DNA of 64,000 bases from Spirochaetia bacterium (GCA_963675665.1 OY776510.1:3648001-3712000), one strand, 5' to 3'. Shown: positions 9,413 to 19,752, numbered from the stretch's first letter. Program-made: numbers and translations. Notes: generated from the sequence alone by a model not told the origin.

Positions 9413-9655
9413 TTATTTCTGCAGATTATAAACAAACAAAAGGATTTCAGCCGTTACTTCATATAATTCTTCAGGTATAAAATCTCCCTGTTCAAATTCA
9501 TAAAGCCTATCGGTCAAACCATCCTTTTTGATTATCTCTACATCATTCTCCTCTGCAATTTTGATTATCCTCTCAGCCAGTTTATTTTTGCCTTTGCAGA
9601 CAATAAACGGCGCCGGCAGCGTCTTGAGATATTTCAGGACAACCGCTTTGTTCAT
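9413..9655 (-). CDS. EscU/YscU/FlhB C-terminal-like protein
   Basis: KAVVLKY...APFIVCKG...AERIIKIAEE...IPEELYEVTAEIL pattern. Confidence 0.88.
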   Translation of the reverse strand: MNKAVVLKYLKTLPAPFIVCKGKNKLAERIIKIAEENDVEIIKKDGLTDRLYEFEQGDFIPEELYEVTAEILLFVYNLQK

Positions 9656-10578
9656 ACAAAAGCCTCAATGCTGTTTGCTGACCTTTTATATGTTGAAAAG
9701 CCGTCAAACAGAATATTTTCATGACTGTTTTTAAAACAGTCATCAATTATATTATCGTCAAATTTCAGCGACAGGTTACCGAGAATTTCTGGAAGTAACC
9801 TTTTAATTTCATGCTTTTCATTATTATTCAGCATCCGGTCCGCCGCCAACTTCAGACGTCTGTTATCTTTTCCGTAGTTTTCAATTATAAAATATAATCG
9901 TCCGTTTTTAAATGAAGTTTCGAGAACAACTGTTTCGATAACCCTTGTTTTGGTATTTTTTTTTATACGGATACTTCCCTCCAGGACCAGCTCTTCAGAA
10001 GAGAAACTGTACGGTATTATAAACCACAGTTCATTCTGACACATCAGACTGTTAAAAAGCAATGTTTTTTCTTCTTTCCGCCTGTCATGATTAAATTGAT
10101 TATTAATGATGCCTGTAATTTCTTCTGCAGAAAGCCCTTTTTTCAAGCACTCAACAGCTACCCGGGCTTCTTCCCTGCTTAATTTGCTTTTTAATCTTAA
10201 TAAACGTTTAATTAATCGTATATTATCGTCTTTCAACGGTAAACCGGCCAGCCTTGCAGCTTCAAAAAGAGAGGTGCTTATCAAATCCGGTTTAATTCCT
10301 AAATCTGTGATTTTTTTACTGAATGCAGCCTGAGCATCTGCTTTATTTAAATATAGTATGTTGCCTTTTCCGCTCCACATAGCCCTGACTTTTAGATTTT
10401 GGCCGGGTTTTAATTCTGCTGAACCCTTTAATTGTATCAATTTACCGCTTAATGAAGCTTTAATGAGACCTTTTTTGTTTTCAATTATTTTAATTAAAAG
10501 AATATCACCGGATCGGATTTCAGCCAATCCGGCTTTCTGAATGACTTTATTGCTAATACCCTGTAAGGCAATTCTCAA
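9652..10578 (-). CDS. Hypothetical protein, possibly FliK/YlqG-like
   Basis: 308-aa ORF coupled to the FlhB-like gene; position after rplS resembles ylqG-ylqH pairs. Confidence 0.65.
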   Translation of the reverse strand: MRIALQGISNKVIQKAGLAEIRSGDILLIKIIENKKGLIKASLSGKLIQLKGSAELKPGQNLKVRAMWSGKGNILYLNKADAQAAFSKKITDLGIKPDLISTSLFEAARLAGLPLKDDNIRLIKRLLRLKSKLSREEARVAVECLKKGLSAEEITGIINNQFNHDRRKEEKTLLFNSLMCQNELWFIIPYSFSSEELVLEGSIRIKKNTKTRVIETVVLETSFKNGRLYFIIENYGKDNRRLKLAADRMLNNNEKHEIKRLLPEILGNLSLKFDDNIIDDCFKNSHENILFDGFSTYKRSANSIEAFV

Positions 10579-10581
10579 TTT

Positions 10582-10938
10582 TTATCTTTCTTTCTTCCTG
10601 ATAAGCTCTTTAACTTTCGCTGCTTTTCCAACTCTGTCCCTGATGTAGTAAAGTTTTGCACGTCTTACGCGCCCTCTTCTGACTACTTCGATTTTTTCAA
10701 TCTTTGGTGAATGTAATGGAAAAATCCTTTCTACGCCGACTCCGTATGATATTTTTCTTACTGTAAATGTTTTTCTTGAACTTCCATTCTTTTTTGCTAT
10801 AACAAGGCCCTCATAGACCTGAACACGTTCAGTTTGCCCTTCTACAATTTTATAATATACCTTTACAGTATCACCAATTTTAAATTCAGTAATTTCATCT
10901 TTTGTCTGTTCAGCTTCAATAGCCTTAATCAAGTCCAT
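10582..10938 (-). CDS. rplS: 50S ribosomal protein L19
   Basis: [24 protein letters not shown] and VRRAKLYY motifs. Confidence 0.97.
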   Translation of the reverse strand: MDLIKAIEAEQTKDEITEFKIGDTVKVYYKIVEGQTERVQVYEGLVIAKKNGSSRKTFTVRKISYGVGVERIFPLHSPKIEKIEVVRRGRVRRAKLYYIRDRVGKAAKVKELIRKKER

Positions 10939-10939
10939 T

Positions 10940-11674
10940 TCAGTCCTCCCTGGTCTCACGACTCATTATTTCTTTTAGTAGCGCCTTTTCATCTTCTGAT
11001 ATTGCAGCATTTTCCAGCAAATCAGGTCTGTTTCTAAAAGTCTTCTCAAGACTTTTTTTTAACCGCCATCTTTCGATATTGGCATGATGCCCTGAAAGAA
11101 GTACATCCGGAACACTCATCCCTCTGAACTCCTCAGGTCTTGTATAATGCGGGTATTCCAGAAGTCCCCTTGAAAAACTTTCCTCTTCAAGCGACTCGCT
11201 GTTTATAACGCCTTCTACAAGTCTGTATACTGCATCGATAACTGCCAGCGCTGCTGTTTCTCCTGAAGAGAGAACATAATCGCCGATAGAAATCTCGGTA
11301 TCAATATACGTATCAATTATCCTCTGATCAACCCCCTCATAGCGGCCGCAAAGAATAACAATTTCTTTCTCAGCAGAAAGTTCCGTTGCCAATTGCTGAT
11401 TAAACAGCTTTCCGGAAGGCGACATAAAAACAGTTTTTTTTGATAACGCTGAAACTGAATCGAGCGCACCGGCAACAGGTTCAGTTTTCATAATCATCCC
11501 GGCGCCTCCTCCGTAAGGAGCGTCATCACATGTTCTATGCCTGTCAAAAGCAAAATCCCTGATATTAACCAGTTCATAATCAATCGAGCCCCGCTCAACT
11601 GCTTTTGCCATTATTGAACTTTCAAAAAAACCCGTAAGAATCTCGGGAAACAGAGTCAAGACGGTAAACTTCAT
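10940..11674 (-). CDS. trmD: tRNA (guanine-N1)-methyltransferase
   Basis: [32 protein letters not shown] and [10 protein letters not shown] motifs. Confidence 0.97.
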   Translation of the reverse strand: MKFTVLTLFPEILTGFFESSIMAKAVERGSIDYELVNIRDFAFDRHRTCDDAPYGGGAGMIMKTEPVAGALDSVSALSKKTVFMSPSGKLFNQQLATELSAEKEIVILCGRYEGVDQRIIDTYIDTEISIGDYVLSSGETAALAVIDAVYRLVEGVINSESLEEESFSRGLLEYPHYTRPEEFRGMSVPDVLLSGHHANIERWRLKKSLEKTFRNRPDLLENAAISEDEKALLKEIMSRETRED

Positions 11675-12174
11675 TCCAGAAGCCATCCTTCTTTAAGTTC
11701 CACCGTAAGATTCTTCAGGTCTACTTTTCCGACATAAATTTCCATAAAAGGTATAAGCCTTGTTTTATCTTCTACTTCAACTTCAAGCATGTCGGAAATA
11801 CCGTTGCTGCTTACACCTTTAATTTTTCCTATTATCTCGCCGTCCATCACAAGACTGCATCTGCATAAATCAGCCAGATAATATTCTCCTTTTTCAAGCT
11901 TTACGGCTCGATTCCTTTCAACATAGAATTCCCAGCCTGTCAGCTTTTTCGCATCTTCCGGATTATCAATTCCGGCAGCTTTTATGGTAAGATTCATTCC
12001 GCTCATTCTGACATCTTCGATTGTCAGGGATTTTGTTCTCCCGTTAAGCCTGATCTCAACATTCTGCCCTTTCAGCTTTTTGAAATGATCAGCCTCTCCT
12101 GAAAAACTCAGAACCTTAAAGTATCCGCGAACGCCGGTTGAGGTGCGAACCTTACCTATCGCAATTTTATCCAT
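11671..12174 (-). CDS. rimM: 16S rRNA processing protein RimM
   Basis: IGKV...GVRG, EYYLADL and LIPF motifs; operon position. Confidence 0.93.
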   Translation of the reverse strand: MDKIAIGKVRTSTGVRGYFKVLSFSGEADHFKKLKGQNVEIRLNGRTKSLTIEDVRMSGMNLTIKAAGIDNPEDAKKLTGWEFYVERNRAVKLEKGEYYLADLCRCSLVMDGEIIGKIKGVSSNGISDMLEVEVEDKTRLIPFMEIYVGKVDLKNLTVELKEGWLLE

Positions 12175-12408
12175 TTAATCCAGAATTTCCAGAACAATCC
12201 TTTTCCCGGTTTTTGTGGCAGAAGCGCTCAGGATTGTTCTTACAGCCTTTGCGATTCTGCCGTGTTTACCGATAACCTTTCCAATGTCGTCAGGAGCAAC
12301 TTTCAGTTCGAGAATAGTGGATTTTTCGCCTTCAATCATGTTTACTTCAACACCTGAAGGATCATCCACCAAAGATTTAGCAATATATTCGACAAGGTCT
12401 TTTTCCAC
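12175..12408 (-). CDS. khpA: KH-domain RNA-binding protein
   Basis: [17 protein letters not shown]; lies between rpsP and rimM. Confidence 0.93.
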   Translation of the reverse strand: MEKDLVEYIAKSLVDDPSGVEVNMIEGEKSTILELKVAPDDIGKVIGKHGRIAKAVRTILSASATKTGKRIVLEILD

Positions 12409-12431
12409 CTTATTCTCCTTGGAACTTTTGG

Positions 12432-12683
12432 TTATTTGATAAAAATATTGCTTTTATTCAGCAGCTTTTTAACAGTATCAGTAGGTCTTGCGCCTTTTTC
12501 CAGCCAATCCTTTATTCTGTCTTCCTTCAGATTCAGCTGCTTTTCTTCTATTTCAATCGGATGATAAAATCCTACTTCTTCAATAGTTCTTCCATCACGC
12601 GCTGTTCTTGAATCCATTACAACAATTCTGTAGTACGGTCTTTTTTTTGTACCGAATCTTTTCAGTCTGATCTTAGTGCTCAC
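12432..12683 (-). CDS. rpsP: 30S ribosomal protein S16
   Basis: [15 protein letters not shown] and GARPTDTV motifs. Confidence 0.97.
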   Translation of the reverse strand: MSTKIRLKRFGTKKRPYYRIVVMDSRTARDGRTIEEVGFYHPIEIEEKQLNLKEDRIKDWLEKGARPTDTVKKLLNKSNIFIK

Positions 12684-12704
12684 GCGAGCCTCCTGTATGA
12701 TTAA

Positions 12705-14036
12705 TCATGCACCGCCGAGCTGACTCATCAGCTTGGCCTGGTATTTCTTGTTTTTGGTCATTTTCTTCATCATAAGTTTCATTTTTTCAAACTTTTTCAG
12801 AAGCCTGTTGACCTCATAGACATTCGTACCGCTTCCTTTAGCAATACGCTTACGTCTGGAAGGGCCTATTATACGATGATTTCGCCTTTCCTGTATAGTC
12901 ATCGATAAAATTATTGCCTCTTCTCTTTTCATCTCGCTTTCGTCGATATCGTCCTCGCTAATCTGGCCGGCTGCGCCCGGAACCATATCTATAAGCGATT
13001 TGATGCTTCCCATTTTTTTTACACGCTGAAACTGCTCGAGATAATCTTCAAGCGTAAAGGTAGCTTTCGCCATCTTTTCTTCAAGTTTCCTGGCGTCTTC
13101 AACCTCTATTGTTTCCTGAGCTTTTTCAACCAAGCTTACAACATCACCCATTCCAAGAATTCTGTTAGCAATTCTTTCAGGATAAAAAGGTTCGAGATCA
13201 TCAAGTTTTTCACCGGTACCGATGAATTTTATCGGTTTTCCGGTTATTGTTTTCAGCGAAAGTGCAGCACCGCCTCTGGCATCAGAATCAAACTTGCTTA
13301 GTATCACACCGCTTATGCCTACGGTTTCTTCAAACTCTTTCGCAATCTCAACAGCGTGCTGACCTGTCATTGAATCCGCGACAAGGAGGGTCTCGTCAGG
13401 ATTCGCTGCGGCAGCCACCGCTTTTATTTCCGCCATCAGATCTGCATCAACATGCATTCTTCCTGCAGTATCAAGAATAACAGTATTATACTGTTCTTTC
13501 TTTGCTTTTTTTAGCGCGTTTTTTACAACACGTACCGGATCTTTAGTCTCTTCACTGTAGACATCGACACTGGTCTGTTCACCGAGAATGTGGAGCTGCT
13601 TGACTGCTGCCGGCCTTACAAGGTCAGCGGCTACCAGCAACGGCCTGCGTCCTTCCTTTTTCAGTTTTAACGCGAGTTTGGCCGCGCTTGTTGTTTTACC
13701 CGACCCCTGAAGTCCCATCATCAGTATTACCGACGGGACATCAGGTCCTTTCAACTCCAGATCCTGCCGTTCATCGCCGAGCAGCTGAACCATTCTGTCG
13801 TGAACTATTTTAATAAACTGCTGCCCCGGGTTTACAGCTTTAAGGACTTTTTCACCCTTGGCGTCGGTTACCGTCCGGTTCACAAAGCGCCGAACTACCC
13901 TGAGATTTACATCCGCTTCAAGAAGGGCCAGCTTTATCTGTTCGACGGCTTCATCAATGTTCTTTTCGGAGATTTTGGCATTGCCGGAGATCTGTCTGAA
14001 GATATCGCTAAATTTTGTTGAAATCTTGTCCAGCAT
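12705..14036 (-). CDS. ffh: Signal recognition particle protein
   Basis: GLQGSGKTT, DTAGR and M-domain SMTIQER...SRRKRIAKGSG. Confidence 0.98.
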   Translation of the reverse strand: MLDKISTKFSDIFRQISGNAKISEKNIDEAVEQIKLALLEADVNLRVVRRFVNRTVTDAKGEKVLKAVNPGQQFIKIVHDRMVQLLGDERQDLELKGPDVPSVILMMGLQGSGKTTSAAKLALKLKKEGRRPLLVAADLVRPAAVKQLHILGEQTSVDVYSEETKDPVRVVKNALKKAKKEQYNTVILDTAGRMHVDADLMAEIKAVAAAANPDETLLVADSMTGQHAVEIAKEFEETVGISGVILSKFDSDARGGAALSLKTITGKPIKFIGTGEKLDDLEPFYPERIANRILGMGDVVSLVEKAQETIEVEDARKLEEKMAKATFTLEDYLEQFQRVKKMGSIKSLIDMVPGAAGQISEDDIDESEMKREEAIILSMTIQERRNHRIIGPSRRKRIAKGSGTNVYEVNRLLKKFEKMKLMMKKMTKNKKYQAKLMSQLGGA

Positions 14037-14106
14037 GTTCAGTCTCCCCCGATAGAAATTTTAAACAGTTATACCCCGAAAATGAGCTGAATGTCAACAT
14101 TGCCGA

Positions 14107-15375
14107 TTACCTGATATACAGGAAATTCCGTTCCAGATAGGCGATTCTTTCCTTTGCATCCATCCAGTAAACACTTACAGGATAATAATCTACTATTTTC
14201 CGGTAATACCCGGCTGCAGCTCTTTCATCACGAATACCGGGGCAGTTCTCATACAGGCCCGCCAGCATAAAATAAACGGAATCAAGTTCTGTCCATTCTA
14301 TAAAGTCTATTGTATCGAGGATAAGTTCTGCTGCATCACGACAGCCGCCGGCTTTTCTCAGTTTTTCCGCAGCAATTTCAAGTTCGGCTGCGTTAAGTAT
14401 TTCCTGTTTTTCACTAACTACTAAAACCGTTTCTTCTGGTACAATTTCACTTACATTCTCTTCCGCAGTCGGTTCTGTAACTGAACCGTTAGCCGGATTT
14501 GCCTTTACTTCAAGATTTATAATCGCCCTTACGGTTGTTCCGTTTGAATAGTCAGGCTTGCGCAACTGTATTATATATGTACCGGTTTGATACGGGAAAA
14601 ATGTAAATACCGTAACTCCGTCCAGGTATTCCCTGCCTGAATACTTCAGGTTATCTGTTTCGTTTCCGTCTGCTGTTTTACACTTTTCATATAACCAGCC
14701 TTCACCGTCGACCGAAGTTATAAAAAGTTCTCTTACCATTGCCTCTGCTTCATGCATTTCAGGGACCGGTTCCTGTTTCTCCACAGAACTTTGACTTTCT
14801 TCTTCCGTTTTTTTAATCACAACAGTTTCTTCCCTGACAACTTCAGGTTCAGTTTCTTTTTTTACCGGTTGCGGCAAAGTTTCAGCCTTGTCCACGGCCT
14901 GTTCGGCGTCAGGCGAAAATATCAGTTCCAGAAAAGACGGTTTCTTTTCAACTGCAGGTATATCGGTCGGTTCATCTGCTTCAGTATCTTGTTCTTCACT
15001 TCTGTCAATTGAAATGTTCTCCGGAAGCTCAGCTTCAACATCAGGTACTTTTTCAATATCTGATTTTTCAATTATTTCATCATCAACAGCTATCTTTCTG
15101 AATACGACTTCCGGCAGTACAGAAATGTAAGGATCCGGAGTTTTAGGTACTTCAGGCTCAGACCACTGTAATTCCGGTATTAAAACAGGTTTTTTCTCTG
15201 CAGGTTTTTCCTTTAAAACCGGTTTAACCTCTAACGATGGCTGCGGCTGATTTTCTTCCGTTGACGTCTCGTCTGTCTGCTGCGAAACTGTAACATTCTT
15301 TTCAAAACTGCTGCATGAATAAATAATAACAGGAATACAAACTGTAGCTATTAATAGTCTACGGAACATCTGCAA
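14107..15375 (-). CDS. Hypothetical lipoprotein with acidic linker and C-terminal TPR-like region
   Basis: Lipobox-like IYSC; C-terminal YFMLAGLYE...AAGYYRKIVDYYPVS. Confidence 0.75.
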   Translation of the reverse strand: MQMFRRLLIATVCIPVIIYSCSSFEKNVTVSQQTDETSTEENQPQPSLEVKPVLKEKPAEKKPVLIPELQWSEPEVPKTPDPYISVLPEVVFRKIAVDDEIIEKSDIEKVPDVEAELPENISIDRSEEQDTEADEPTDIPAVEKKPSFLELIFSPDAEQAVDKAETLPQPVKKETEPEVVREETVVIKKTEEESQSSVEKQEPVPEMHEAEAMVRELFITSVDGEGWLYEKCKTADGNETDNLKYSGREYLDGVTVFTFFPYQTGTYIIQLRKPDYSNGTTVRAIINLEVKANPANGSVTEPTAEENVSEIVPEETVLVVSEKQEILNAAELEIAAEKLRKAGGCRDAAELILDTIDFIEWTELDSVYFMLAGLYENCPGIRDERAAAGYYRKIVDYYPVSVYWMDAKERIAYLERNFLYIR

Positions 15376-15790
15376 AAATATCCATTATGTCTTTTTCAGC
15401 TTCTTCTTCAAGTTGATCTGCAACGATCTCTTCGGGATCAACCCAGTATCTATCAATCTGTTCCTGCGACCAGCTTTGAAGTATTTCACGTGAATAAACA
15501 ATTCCGGTGAAGCTTTTTTCAAGGTTATCTTCGATAAGCATAAAGTCCGAAAGATAAGGACGCTCTGTCTGTATTATTTCATTTGCTGCTGCACTGTTTA
15601 TATCGTCGGTTTTCCGAACTCCGGAAGATCCGGAAGAAACTGTCACAATAACCGTTATAATTACAGCTGATGCAATTACAGCGATAAACACACCCAAAGC
15701 TATCATAAGCTGCTGCCTGCTGAAATTAAAAATACCGGACAGCTGCTTAAGAATGTTTGATATATTTATAGGCAGTTCCGGTCTTTTCAT
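15359..15790 (-). CDS. Hypothetical membrane-anchored protein
   Basis: One TM helix; WSQEQIDRYWVDP motif; coupled to smc. Confidence 0.75.
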   Translation of the reverse strand: MKRPELPINISNILKQLSGIFNFSRQQLMIALGVFIAVIASAVIITVIVTVSSGSSGVRKTDDINSAAANEIIQTERPYLSDFMLIEDNLEKSFTGIVYSREILQSWSQEQIDRYWVDPEEIVADQLEEEAEKDIMDIFADVP

Positions 15791-18600
15791 CAGACCTGCG
15801 CCTTCTCCGCTTCCTTGTTTCCGGTATTATCAAGCCTGATTGCAACAGCTTTTGAAACACCTGACTCTTCCATTGTAACGCCAAGCAATGCGCCGGCTCC
15901 TGTTACGGTCTTTTTATTATGCGTAATAACTATAAACTGGGATTTCTTTCCGAATTCAACCAGCGTATTTACAAATCTTCCGACATTTGCTTCGTCCAGA
16001 GCGGCATCAATTTCGTCAAGAACACAAAACGGTGACGGTTTTACCATATAAGTGGCAAACAGCATGCCTACAGCCGTCAGCGAACGTTCTCCACCTGACA
16101 GAAGGGCTATATTTTCCAGTTTCTTTCCGGGCGGCTGTGCATATATTTCAATACCCGATGTAAGCACCGATTCCGGCTCAACAAGCTTGAGCTCCGCCCG
16201 TCCGCCTCCGAACAGGCGTCTGAACATTATATGAAAGTTTTTTCTTATATTATTATATGTTTCAACAAATAATTCTGTTGATTCCGTTCTGATTTGATCT
16301 GTAATCTTTTTCAAATCTTCGCGTGCCTGGTTCAAGTCGTTTATCTGGTTATTAAGAAAATCAAAACGTTCCCTGATTTCTTCATATTCTTCAGGAGCCA
16401 TAAGGTTAACTGATCCCAGCGCTTTAAGTTCATCCTTTTTTTGAGTCAATATATCCCTGTAAACCTTAATATCTCCGGGCAGCTCGTACATTTTTGAATC
16501 GTAATCCGATAAATCGCGCGAATGCCTGTCCCGAAAATTATCATATACATTTCTTATCTCAACCCTGAAATTTGATATTTCGATATGCAGGGTTTCAATC
16601 TGCTGCTGGAGTTTGCCGAGATTTTCCATCCGCTCTTTCAGCTTTTTTTCCCGGCTTTTCATATCCACATTTCTTTTTGAAATACCATTCTCAAGCCGCT
16701 CAAGCTCTTTACGCAGAGTTTCTTCCCTTTTTTTCAGCTCGATCTTGTCCGCTTCAATCTGCTTCAATTGCCTGCTGATGTCTTCCAGCCTTGAATTACA
16801 TGATTCAAGATCATTTCTGTTTTCAACCAGATGCCCCTGCTGTTCGTTCAAATCACGTTCCAGAAGCTTTACGGACTCCCTGACAGCATTCAACCGGGTT
16901 TCCATTCTGACCCTTGTCATTTTCAGTTCTTCAAGAGTGCTTCTGTATTCCTCAATTTTGGCGTTCAGCTTTTTATTTTCTTCACGTAATTCCCGGGCTT
17001 TTTCCCGCATGGAAATAACAAGGTTTCTGTTTTCTTCGATACTTCGGTCAATATCTCTCTTTTTGACAATTATTCCCTCAGGTGCAAGAAATTCATCGAT
17101 AAAAGCCGGTATTGTCTGACGATATTTTATGAATGCATCTTTTATTTCACTTATTCTGCCTGTTCCTTCAGAAATAGCCTCTTCAACAGCTTCAAGTAAT
17201 TTTAAGGGTTCATCAGTATATGCAGAAGTTTTTCTTGCGTCTTCAAACAGCTTTTTCTTGCCCTCAAAATTTATTCTCAATTTCTCAAGAAGATCATTAA
17301 AGTATTCTTCCGCAGCCTTTCTTTCCGTCAGCGAATACCCTGTTTCCTTCAGCCTTGTATCAAGCTGATTTACAATATCATCGGTTATTTCACGCAGTTC
17401 TTCCTGGAGTTCAGACTGGGCCTTTTCTCCGCCTTCCGCTTTTTTTTCCGCATCTGCAATCTGCTTTTCATTTTCAGCAATTCGTTCTGCAGCCGTTCCA
17501 ATATTTTTTTCAAAATTTTCTATATTCAGGCTGGTTTCCCTGACCCGCTTGTCAGATTCTTCAAGCTCGGTATTAAGCTCTCTTATTCTGCAGTTGATTG
17601 TTTCAATTTTTTCGTTCAGATTCTTCTCTTTCGCAACACAGTTTTCAGCCTGCTTGGTAATTTCTACCCTTCGTTCCGAAAGCATTCGTTCCTGGCTTTC
17701 TTTTCCTGTTTTTTCAAGATCTATGCCGTAAAGCTTCTTCTGGCTTTCTATAAGATCAGATTCCATGTTATTTACCAGGTCAAGATTCTCTTCCAATGAT
17801 TCGTTTATTCCGTCTATTTCTTCAGTAAGTGCATTCTTCTGTTTTTCCCTGTCGTCGAGCTTGTCTTCGGAGGCGTTAAGCGAATCCATAATTCCGCGAA
17901 GCTTTAGAAGCTGCAAGTCAAGTTCAGCGTCGAATACAAGGTTTTTTAGCTCGCGGTATTTTTTTGTTTTTTCCGCCTGCACTTTAAGGCTGTCGTGCGA
18001 TCTTTTCACCTCACTGAGAATTGATTCAACCTGGCGCATGTTTTCTTCGGTTCTTTCTAGCTTTCGCTCGGCTTCGGCGCCACGCACCTTATATTTTGTA
18101 ATACCGGCGGCTTCCTCGAACAGATATCGTCTTTCTTCAGGTTTATTTGACAGAATCTGATCGATTTTCCCCTGTTCCATTATCGAATAAGCAGTTTTTC
18201 CGATTCCCGTATCGAAAAAAAGCTCTCTCAGTTCTTTAAGTTTTACTATGGTATTATTAATAAAATATTCACTTTCACCGGAACGGTACAATCTTCTTTT
18301 TACCGAGATTTCAGGGATGTCAAGTTCAAGAATTCCGGCATCGTTCGAAATCATTAATGTAACTTCAGCTATATTTAAGGCTTTCCGGTTTTCCGTGCCG
18401 TTAAAAATAACATCTTCCATTTTTTCCGCACGTAGGGTTTTGGAAGATTGCTCACCGAGGACCCACTTAATTGCATCTACAACATTACTTTTACCGCAGC
18501 CGTTCGGGCCGAGCAATGCCGATATTCCTTCGCTGAATTCAATTTTTGTTCTGTCTGCAAATGATTTGAATCCGAAGATTTCAACGCTTTTTAAAAACAC
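15790..18600 (-). CDS. smc: Chromosome segregation SMC protein (short spirochete type)
   Basis: GFKSF, GPNGCGKSN Walker A, LLSGGE signature, VLDEIDAALD Walker B/D-loop, long coiled coils. Confidence 0.95.
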   Translation of the reverse strand: MFLKSVEIFGFKSFADRTKIEFSEGISALLGPNGCGKSNVVDAIKWVLGEQSSKTLRAEKMEDVIFNGTENRKALNIAEVTLMISNDAGILELDIPEISVKRRLYRSGESEYFINNTIVKLKELRELFFDTGIGKTAYSIMEQGKIDQILSNKPEERRYLFEEAAGITKYKVRGAEAERKLERTEENMRQVESILSEVKRSHDSLKVQAEKTKKYRELKNLVFDAELDLQLLKLRGIMDSLNASEDKLDDREKQKNALTEEIDGINESLEENLDLVNNMESDLIESQKKLYGIDLEKTGKESQERMLSERRVEITKQAENCVAKEKNLNEKIETINCRIRELNTELEESDKRVRETSLNIENFEKNIGTAAERIAENEKQIADAEKKAEGGEKAQSELQEELREITDDIVNQLDTRLKETGYSLTERKAAEEYFNDLLEKLRINFEGKKKLFEDARKTSAYTDEPLKLLEAVEEAISEGTGRISEIKDAFIKYRQTIPAFIDEFLAPEGIIVKKRDIDRSIEENRNLVISMREKARELREENKKLNAKIEEYRSTLEELKMTRVRMETRLNAVRESVKLLERDLNEQQGHLVENRNDLESCNSRLEDISRQLKQIEADKIELKKREETLRKELERLENGISKRNVDMKSREKKLKERMENLGKLQQQIETLHIEISNFRVEIRNVYDNFRDRHSRDLSDYDSKMYELPGDIKVYRDILTQKKDELKALGSVNLMAPEEYEEIRERFDFLNNQINDLNQAREDLKKITDQIRTESTELFVETYNNIRKNFHIMFRRLFGGGRAELKLVEPESVLTSGIEIYAQPPGKKLENIALLSGGERSLTAVGMLFATYMVKPSPFCVLDEIDAALDEANVGRFVNTLVEFGKKSQFIVITHNKKTVTGAGALLGVTMEESGVSKAVAIRLDNTGNKEAEKAQV

Positions 18601-18711
18601 TTCCGCTCCAAAAATTATGTATGTTTCAAGTTTTTTAACAGTAGTTCAATTATCCGACAGTCTAACATGAAACATGCTTAAATGAACAGCCAAAATATGC
18701 TAATATAGATC

Positions 18712-19284
18712 ATGCCAGAACCTGATTTACTGGCCGGTATTGATGAAGCCGGCCGCGGACCTCTTGCCGGCCCTGTTACCGCCGCTGCTGTAATTCTTCC
18801 GCACACATTCGACACATCAATTCTCAACGATTCAAAGAAACTCTCTGAAAAAAAAAGGGTCGCTGCAGCATCGGTTATATTAGAAAAAGCAGTCAGCTTC
18901 TCTCTCGGATGGGTATGGCCGAATGAAATTGATGAAATTAATATTCATAACGCCAGTCTGCTTGCAATGCAGCGCGCCGCTGCCGGTCTCTCGGTAAAAC
19001 CCGTTTTATATCTTGTCGACGGGAAATTTGCACCGGAAATTGACGGGAATGTTCGTGCTGTTATTAAAGGCGATGCAACTGTTCACTGTATTATGGCAGC
19101 GTCCATACTGGCAAAAACTGCCAGAGATCTATGGATGATAAGATATTCATGGATTGAGCCCGCCTGGGATTTCGATCGTCATAAAGGATACCCTACCCGG
19201 CGACATGCGGAATTAATCAGAGCAAACGGGTACTCGCCGATACACCGCAGGACTTTTAATGTTCCTTACGGTTCTTCCGTATAA
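18712..19284 (+). CDS. rnhB: Ribonuclease HII
   Basis: GIDEAGRGPLAGPV, DSKKL, VIKGDA, AASILAK and HKGYPT motifs. Confidence 0.97.
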   Translation: MPEPDLLAGIDEAGRGPLAGPVTAAAVILPHTFDTSILNDSKKLSEKKRVAAASVILEKAVSFSLGWVWPNEIDEINIHNASLLAMQRAAAGLSVKPVLYLVDGKFAPEIDGNVRAVIKGDATVHCIMAASILAKTARDLWMIRYSWIEPAWDFDRHKGYPTRRHAELIRANGYSPIHRRTFNVPYGSSV

Positions 19285-19501
19285 AATCGAGGGATCTCTG
19301 TAATTCTTTTGTAAACAGATTCATATCTTCTTCGAAGATGACAATTGAATGACGTTCATAGCCCGAGCCTCCGTGAGGCTTGCTTTCCACTACATTCAGA
19401 AAAAGATCTCCCTGACGATTTTCTTTAACATTAAAAAAATACGTTCTCTTCCCGTTGGAAGTGGAAGCCTTACATGAAAACAATTCTCCTCTGAGTCCCA
19501 T
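19256..19501 (-). CDS. PUR-family (DUF3276/Bpur-like) single-stranded nucleic-acid-binding protein
   Basis: MGLRGELFS, RTYFFNVKENR.GDLFLNVVES and RHSIVIFEED pattern. Confidence 0.85.
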   Translation of the reverse strand: MGLRGELFSCKASTSNGKRTYFFNVKENRQGDLFLNVVESKPHGGSGYERHSIVIFEEDMNLFTKELQRSLDFIRKNRKEH

Positions 19502-19524
19502 AAACGCCCCTTCTCTTTATAAGT

Positions 19525-19551
19525 AAAAAAAAGGCATCCGTCACGGATGCC
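19525..19551 (-). terminator. Terminator downstream of tRNA-Gly
   Basis: GGCATCCG-TGA-CGGATGCC followed by a T-run on the minus strand. Confidence 0.85.
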
Positions 19552-19586
19552 GATCTATATAAGAACCGCTCGTGCGGTTACAGTTC

Positions 19587-19658
19587 AGCGCCCGATCGGA
19601 ATCGAACCGACATCATCAGCTTGGAAGGCTGAGGTAATAACCATTATACCACAGGCGC
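19587..19658 (-). tRNA. tRNA-Gly (TCC)
   Basis: GCGCCTGTGGTATAATGG...TCAGCCTTCCAAGCTGA...GGTTCGATTCC...GGGCGCT cloverleaf; CCA not encoded. Confidence 0.95.
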
Positions 19659-19752
19659 GTAACGTATTAAACTACGTTTTGATGTTCTGATTTATAGCAA
19701 AATCATAATTTCTTGTCAAGCAGATAAAAGACTTTATTTTAAGCACTTAATA

